In this document: one piece after another, positions 26,921 through 32,000 of the stretch
How positions within the stretch are numbered: the first letter of the stretch is position 1
Layout of the letters: every line of letters starts with the position of its first letter
Source: Synechocystis sp. PCC 6803 substr. PCC-P
GTDB taxonomy: Bacteria > Cyanobacteriota > Cyanobacteriia > Cyanobacteriales > Microcystaceae
DNA length: 32,000 nt
NCBI RefSeq assembly: GCF_000284455.1
Contig: NC_017039.1
Location: 3,060,001 to 3,092,000 of the forward strand
Direction: 5' to 3'
The notes under the pieces: model-generated
Told to the model about the DNA's origin: nothing
The model's input: the letters and a program-made list of their open reading frames with translations, nothing else
The model's database searches: none
Made by a program: the position numbers and the translations under genes

Positions 26921-27343
26921 ATGTTCAAAAATGGTTATTTACTAATGGGAATTTTTTCTGCCACTTTTTTTTGGTTATCTGCGACCATTTCTGCCGAAAC
27001 TGACTTTAATTCCTTTTGGCAACAATTCAAAACTGCAGTGGTTAACAGTGACAAATCCACCGTTGCCAGATTGACAAAATTTCCCCTTTCGATGCCATTT
27101 GGAATAGAAAGCATAAAAACAGAAACTGAATTTTTGCAAGGTTACGACGATATTTTGAATATGGAAGCCGATGTGAAGAGATGTTTTCAAACGACTAAAC
27201 CGAAGCAAGAGGGAAAGGGTTATGCTATTTATTGCACCTTTAAACAGCTACCTGAATCAAGCGAAAATCGTCCGATTAAATATTATTTTGAAAGGACAAA
27301 AACGGGTTGGAAATTTGAGGGTATAGATAATATCAACGAGTAA
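26921..27343 (+). CDS. Hypothetical secreted protein
   Basis: 140 aa. N-terminal signal-like segment LLMGIFSATFFWLSATISA. GAAGGA lies upstream of the ATG. No family recognised. Confidence 0.5.
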   Translation: MFKNGYLLMGIFSATFFWLSATISAETDFNSFWQQFKTAVVNSDKSTVARLTKFPLSMPFGIESIKTETEFLQGYDDILNMEADVKRCFQTTKPKQEGKGYAIYCTFKQLPESSENRPIKYYFERTKTGWKFEGIDNINE

Positions 27344-27483
27344 AATATATTTGCAATCGCACCGCCCCCCAGAAATCTGAGATTCGCTCAGAAATTTTTC
27401 AATCGCAGATTAAAGTTGCCGGAGAAGAGATTGATTCACGGTAAAGTGTACGAAATTAGCTTGGATTTTCATGATAGGGATTT

Positions 27484-28842
27484 ATGACGGTACTGACTAA
27501 TTCTTCTTCTGTCCCCCAACTTAATCGCTGTTTAGGATTAATTCAGGTCACCACCCAGGCGATCGCCGTTGTAGGGCCAACCATAACCGCTGTGATCAAC
27601 ATTCCCCAGGTCTATCTCAGTTCCGGGAACAGTAGTTGGCTCACTTACCTGATTGCTTGTCTTTGTATTTTGTTAGTGTCCCAAGTGCTGATTACCTTTG
27701 CCAGGCAGGAAGCGGGGACAGCGGGCTTAGCCACCTATGTTTTGCAAGGTTTGGGGGTAACTTTTGCACGGTTAACGGGCTGGTTACTCTTACTGGCCTA
27801 TGGCGGCTTTGGCATACTACTGCTGGCCATGGCCAGTCAAAGTTTTGCAATTCTAATGGGGATGGCCGGACCCAAACTGCCTCTGTGGTTTTTTGTTGTG
27901 GTTTTGGGAGGATTAATTTGGTGGCTAGTGTCACGGGATGTGCGAGTATCCAATGGAATGATGTTGGTGTTAGAAAGTGTTTCAATTATTATAATTTTCT
28001 GGTTATGTAGTGTTATTTTATTCCACCATAGTATTAAATTTGATTTGTCAGAATTTCAACTCACCAGCGCCACAGGCAACCAAGTACGTTCGGGCTTAAT
28101 GATTGCTTTTTTGAGTTTTGTGGGATTTGAAAGTGCAGCTACCCTAGGACGTGAATCTCTCCATCCCCTCAAAGATATTCCCAAAGCTCTACGCATTGCT
28201 ACTTTGCTGCCAGGGGCACTATTTTTGGTTTGGGCTTATGTTTTAGGACTGGGTTTTAAAGCGGCTCCCAGCAATATTCTCAACTCAGCCAGTCCGCTTG
28301 TTAGTCTCGGCGATTTTTTACAAATTCCGACGGCGGCGATGGTAATTAGTTTTAGCGCCTCTGTTTGTTTTTTGAGTGCAAGTTTAGGGGTATTTAGTGC
28401 TCTGGCTAGGGTTGGTTTAAGTTTAGGAAAAGAAAAAATTCTTCCTCCATTCAGCACTAAAATTCATCCTGCTTTCCACACTCCGGTGGGCTCCTTAACT
28501 TTAGGGTTAGGGATTTGTATTTTGGGTACTTTGGTTCTGCTAGCAATGGGGTTAAAACCCGATGATATTAACGATGTTTGTGGTACTTTTGGGACTTTAG
28601 CATTGCTATTGGTCTATGGTCTTGTTTCCATTTCCCTACTGCGGGATCACTATCGCCGTGGTATCCTTTCCCGTTCTATTTTAATCCTTGGTAGTGTGAC
28701 AATTCTACTATTAGCAACTGCTACTATTGCTTTTTTAAGTGGGTTAAATCAAGGGGATTTGCTCAATACAGTGTTGATTTTCTTCGTTCTAATAGTTCTA
28801 GGCATTGGAATAATTGCTCGCCAAGGGGCTGACCGCTCCTGA
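27484..28842 (+). CDS. APC-superfamily amino acid/polyamine permease
   Basis: 452 aa. About 12 hydrophobic segments. Contains FLSFVGFESAATLGRES, typical of APC transporters. Confidence 0.8.
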   Translation: MTVLTNSSSVPQLNRCLGLIQVTTQAIAVVGPTITAVINIPQVYLSSGNSSWLTYLIACLCILLVSQVLITFARQEAGTAGLATYVLQGLGVTFARLTGWLLLLAYGGFGILLLAMASQSFAILMGMAGPKLPLWFFVVVLGGLIWWLVSRDVRVSNGMMLVLESVSIIIIFWLCSVILFHHSIKFDLSEFQLTSATGNQVRSGLMIAFLSFVGFESAATLGRESLHPLKDIPKALRIATLLPGALFLVWAYVLGLGFKAAPSNILNSASPLVSLGDFLQIPTAAMVISFSASVCFLSASLGVFSALARVGLSLGKEKILPPFSTKIHPAFHTPVGSLTLGLGICILGTLVLLAMGLKPDDINDVCGTFGTLALLLVYGLVSISLLRDHYRRGILSRSILILGSVTILLLATATIAFLSGLNQGDLLNTVLIFFVLIVLGIGIIARQGADRS

Positions 28843-29015
28843 CAGTCGAGAACTAAGACAAAAATTACTGGGGGTTAGGTAGGCGATCGCCAAATTACGA
28901 ATATTGCTCCGAAACTGACCACATTACCCACTGCGAAGAGTTCTAGCTATCCTTTACTGATAAGAAACTGGGAGAAAATCGTCCTTTTTTTGTAACAAAC
29001 TATATCAACCTACAA

Positions 29016-29035
29016 CCTTATACCTAAGTATAGGG
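29016..29035. promoter_or_regulatory. Imperfect palindrome CCTTATAC-CTAA-GTATAGGG upstream of the MerR-family gene; candidate operator
   Basis: 7 of 8 arm positions are complementary. TATATT (29038-29043) lies immediately downstream as a possible -10. I found no convincing -35, so the MerR-type 19-20 bp spacer geometry is not established. Confidence 0.3.
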
Positions 29036-29080
29036 AATATATTGTAGTAGAGACAGAGAAGAAATGGGAGGGTGAGCATT

Positions 29081-29485
29081 ATGTTAACCGTCAGCGAGGT
29101 CGCTCGCAAACTGGGATTAAATCCGCAGACTCTCTATTTCTACGAACGCATAGGGGTAGTCGATCATCCCCAGCGCAACCAATCTGGTTATCGGGTTTAT
29201 CAAGAGAAAGATTTGGCGATCCTGAGTTTCATTCGTCATGCCAAGGATTTGGGGTTTAGTCTGGAGGAGATTGCCGACATTCTCCACTTACAAAGTCAAC
29301 AATCCCTGACTTGCGACGAAATTTATCATAAGCTCACGAGCAAAATCCTTCAGCTCGAAAGTGGAATCAAAGAAATGGAAAAAATGAAGGATGATCTATC
29401 CAAAATTCTCAGTCTTTGCTGTCAAAGAATTAGTAATGGGGGTAAACACGGTAATTGCTGTTTGTTAAATGAGCAGTTGACTTAG
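29081..29485 (+). CDS. merR: MerR-family metal-responsive transcriptional regulator
   Basis: 134 aa from the ATG at 29081, with GGGAGG 10 nt upstream. N-terminal HTH LTVSEVARKLGLNPQTLYFYERIG. Cys78 lies in the dimerisation helix, and there are two C-terminal Cys pairs (C113/C114, C126/C127). The symbol comes from remembered slr0701 work and is unverified. Confidence 0.8.
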   Translation: MLTVSEVARKLGLNPQTLYFYERIGVVDHPQRNQSGYRVYQEKDLAILSFIRHAKDLGFSLEEIADILHLQSQQSLTCDEIYHKLTSKILQLESGIKEMEKMKDDLSKILSLCCQRISNGGKHGNCCLLNEQLT

Positions 29486-29591
29486 GTATTCTGAGTGATT
29501 GAACTTTTATCTACTTTGCTGGCTACTTTGTCAAAAATGCCACAAAAAACACTATTTTCTGGGGATTAAAACCAGAAAGGGAGGGTTTGTC

Positions 29592-30845
29592 ATGTCTTCT
29601 AATTCGTCAAGTAAGTTAGGGGATCAACAAAATGTAGGCATCCTCTACAATCTCTACAGTCAAGGGCAAGGAAAATCGGATAAACAAGGAAGTAAACCTA
29701 CCCTAAGTAAATCAACTCTTCTATCTAGCCTTGAACTAACAACTCCAACCTTAACTCTGGGCCAACGAGGTGGGAGTGTATCTGCTAACGCTGCCTCTAA
29801 TTTGGCGGCGATCACTCAAATTTCGTCCCAAGGTAAACGGGGCGGTGGTTTGCCAACCGATAAGGGTGGTGGTGGGCCGCCAGATGGCAAAGGCCACGGC
29901 GAAGAATCAGTCGAAAATAACCTGTCCTTCCCTGTCATTTTTCCCTCCGGAGTTACGCCTTTAGCTCTACGGGGAGCCATGAATAGCCTAACCCTAACGG
30001 ATCCTTATTTTGTACCCGGCACCCGTGATGATTATTACTGGTTTGCCCAAAAAAATGAAGGCAACACTTGGCAAGCTTATAACGAACAAGCAACAGGGGC
30101 GATCGCCATCGACAAAGTTGACGTGGGGGATGCCCTAGAGTCTGCCAGGATTGAGCTAGGTCAGTTTGTCCGAATCGAGTTGGCTTTATTTAAAGATATT
30201 GGGGATCCTCTTATCTCCGATGATGGGCAACTCGCCTACCATATGGAACAAATTGATGGTCAAGGCAAGACCGAAGTTCAGGGCACTCGCTATACAGCAG
30301 CATCGTTGCAACAGACTTTTGCTAGTGCCGATGATGCCTTTACCCAACTGGGGGATAGTGGTCTTCCCATCTATCGCAGTGACTTAGCCACCGTCTATGC
30401 ACCGTCCCAGGTGATGAACCTAACCATTCAAAAATTCGAACATGATCCGGTTACAGGACTGGACTGGAACGGGGACCAATGGGTTGGCCTTGGCATTGGG
30501 ACCAAAGACTACGCTGCTAGCACAGCATTTGGTTCAGAATTAGCCGTATCAGGTAAGGTTATTTCCGGCGTCTCGGGTAAACCGTTCAAATTCACTGATG
30601 CAGGAAACTATCGCATTACCTTTGAAATTGAAGAGGGGGCTTCGATTTTCTTGGATGCGGGGACTGAACGTTACAATGTCGCAGGCGCCAGGGGGATGGT
30701 GATTGTTCCTGATAGCTCCAACCATAATGGTTTGATCTATCTCGATATTGCTGTGCCCTCTTCTGTATCGGGTACTGAGGAAGTTGTCTTGGGAACCCAG
30801 GACGTCTTTAAAACCCAATTTGTTGAATTGGCACCCGTCAGTTAG
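29592..30845 (+). CDS. Uncharacterised 417-aa protein: Gly/Ser/Gln-rich low-complexity N-terminus plus unknown globular domain
   Basis: ATG at 29592 preceded by AGGGAGGG. No Cys, no signal peptide, no TM segment. No family recognised by eye. Confidence 0.6.
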   Translation: MSSNSSSKLGDQQNVGILYNLYSQGQGKSDKQGSKPTLSKSTLLSSLELTTPTLTLGQRGGSVSANAASNLAAITQISSQGKRGGGLPTDKGGGGPPDGKGHGEESVENNLSFPVIFPSGVTPLALRGAMNSLTLTDPYFVPGTRDDYYWFAQKNEGNTWQAYNEQATGAIAIDKVDVGDALESARIELGQFVRIELALFKDIGDPLISDDGQLAYHMEQIDGQGKTEVQGTRYTAASLQQTFASADDAFTQLGDSGLPIYRSDLATVYAPSQVMNLTIQKFEHDPVTGLDWNGDQWVGLGIGTKDYAASTAFGSELAVSGKVISGVSGKPFKFTDAGNYRITFEIEEGASIFLDAGTERYNVAGARGMVIVPDSSNHNGLIYLDIAVPSSVSGTEEVVLGTQDVFKTQFVELAPVS

Positions 30846-30903
30846 CTTTAAATCCCTCCCAGGGAGCAAGTAAGTTTTCTTTCCCTTCCTCAGCTAAGGG
30901 TAG

Positions 30904-30950
30904 AGCTATCCGTTGGAAGATTAACAAAAATCTGCTTGCGGATAGCTTTT
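30904..30950 (+). terminator. Candidate intrinsic terminator after the 417-aa ORF
   Basis: 9-bp perfect stem AGCTATCCG (30904-30912) / CGGATAGCT (30939-30947), followed by TTTT. The 26-nt loop contains an inner AGATT/AATCT pairing. It lies 58 nt after the stop codon. Confidence 0.45.
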
Positions 30951-31235
30951 GATCGGCGCAAATTTACGAAAGGGTTCCAGCAGGGGTTTTGTCCAGCGCC
31001 CCCCGAAGGACAGTTAGATTTAGGGGATGAATTGCCGGTGCTTTTCCTACTCTCTGAACGTACAATTTAACTTGATTTGGGCTAGTAGTCCTTGGAATTG
31101 ACAGAGAGAAAATAAGTAGGAGTTGGGTTGGCGATTAAAGCTCTAACTTAAAAGCTGTAGTAGAACTAGTAAGTATATTTAAAGAAAAAGCTACAGCTCT
31201 AAGTAAAAATCGTTGCTTATATTTTTCAGGTAAGA

Positions 31236-31673
31236 TCAGTTTTTAGAGCCAGACATAGAATGAACTAGAGTTGATTTAACAGTCTTTAACCAACGCCAAG
31301 AAACGGCATTAATTAGTAATCCCAGCAGAAATAGAAATATCATTAAAAATATTTGGTACCAAACAATCGTTTCTAAGCTAAGATCAGCAATCAAATGCCC
31401 TAAGTTAAGCACTGAATATACTACAGTTAAGCCAAAATGAACCTGACGTACTTTGCGGGACTGACTAAAAGAAATAACGATAATAGCAAATAGTGGCAGT
31501 ATAAAAAAGATTAACATCAGCCAAAAAATTGGAGAAACATCGGCCATAGTTTGCCCATGGAACTCCGCCACACTCAAATCATGAAAAAGGGGCATTAATC
31601 CCAAATCAGTATGAAACAGCATTGCCAACAAAAACACTGTCCAGAGGTTAACAATACGATGACTGTAATCCAT
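31236..31673 (-). CDS. Small integral membrane protein (about 4 TM), unknown function
   Basis: 145 aa. Four hydrophobic stretches, for example LWTVFLLAMLF and IFWLMLIFFILPLFAIIVISF. No family recognised. Confidence 0.5.
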   Translation of the reverse strand: MDYSHRIVNLWTVFLLAMLFHTDLGLMPLFHDLSVAEFHGQTMADVSPIFWLMLIFFILPLFAIIVISFSQSRKVRQVHFGLTVVYSVLNLGHLIADLSLETIVWYQIFLMIFLFLLGLLINAVSWRWLKTVKSTLVHSMSGSKN

Positions 31674-31735
31674 AGTATTTCCTCTAAAAAAATGAGAGTG
31701 GTCTAAATTTTGTCTAAGAAAGTGTTTGAAAAGTT

Positions 31736-32000
31736 TTAAGCAAGCCTTTGAAGCATGAGATGAACCATGGCAACATAGAGCATGGTCTCACTGGTGGTAG
31801 GTAAATATTCATAATCCTTGCTTAAACGACGATAGCGACCAAACCAAGCAAAGGTGCGCTCGACTACCCAACGGCGGGGTAAGACTTCAAAACCTTTTTG
31901 TCCCTGCTTTTTGCTGACGACATTCAAATTCCAACCAAAAGTATGCTCCACCCAATAGATAAAATCCTTTCCGCCAAAGGTGCTATCAGTCCATATAACT
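31736..32000 (-). CDS. DDE transposase (IS4/IS5 superfamily), C-terminal part; continues beyond the window
   Basis: Contains VVERTFAWFGRYRRLSKDYEYLPTTSETMLYVAM, paralogous to the OrfB tail of the IS at 4107-5013. The frame is open to nt 32000. The element ends cannot be defined. Confidence 0.8.
   Translation of the reverse strand, partial: VIWTDSTFGGKDFIYWVEHTFGWNLNVVSKKQGQKGFEVLPRRWVVERTFAWFGRYRRLSKDYEYLPTTSETMLYVAMVHLMLQRLA

Noticed and set aside
27636-28457. ORFs of 124, 97 and 73 aa overlapping the APC permease gene
   Set aside because: They are alternative-frame or antisense shadows of a 12-TM transporter gene. Their translations are Cys/Trp/Arg-rich in a way typical of off-frame reading.
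1504-30110. About 34 dispersed GCGATCGC palindromes, considered as regulatory sites or a repeat array
   Set aside because: This is the HIP1 octamer, a genome-wide compositional feature of many cyanobacteria. The sites are irregularly spaced, mostly inside genes, and not CRISPR-like. I used them only as a marker of native DNA.
31153-31198. 8-bp inverted repeat, considered as the terminator of the minus-strand membrane protein gene
   Set aside because: It has a 30-nt loop and only a weak T-rich tail (TTTAAGTT). That is too weak to annotate as a terminator, so it is only mentioned in a finding.

Overview
The window reads as cyanobacterial chromosome. The HIP1 octamer GCGATCGC occurs about 34 times by my own reading. 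Gene content and order match what I remember of Synechocystis sp. PCC 6803; this is recognition from memory and needs a BLAST check.

Left to right:
- 3' part of a CPC-type heavy-metal P-type ATPase (probably ziaA).
- copM-copR-copS copper-response operon on the minus strand.
- A complete 907-bp IS5-superfamily insertion sequence, sitting 3 bp from a direct repeat upstream of copM.
- A short relic of an IS3-type orfA.
- The seven-gene Nit1C nitrogen-starvation cluster: MSMEG_0570-like protein, AIR-synthase-like protein, GNAT, radical SAM, nitrilase, Sll0783-like protein, and a divergent flavin oxidoreductase. Two textbook NtcA-type promoters lie in the divergent spacer.
- A GAF-LuxR regulator, a DUF1348 protein, and a five-PAS GGDEF cyclase.
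- A tightly packed, AT-richer minus-strand block: DUF4189 protein, Ser/Thr kinase (SpkD-like, with an extracytoplasmic coiled coil and SH3b domain), VanY-type peptidase, and a double-FHA ABCG-type transporter.
- A Pmp3 proteolipid, a fused 5-oxoprolinase overlapping a CYTH protein, a secreted hypothetical protein, and an APC permease.
- A Cys-rich MerR regulator followed by an uncharacterised 417-aa protein, a small membrane protein, and a second truncated transposase at the window edge.

The best candidates for poorly understood biology are the Nit1C cluster, whose product is unknown, and the kinase/VanY/FHA-ABC module, which resembles Rv1747/PknF but has a cell-wall-type sensor. No rRNA, tRNA or CRISPR array was seen.
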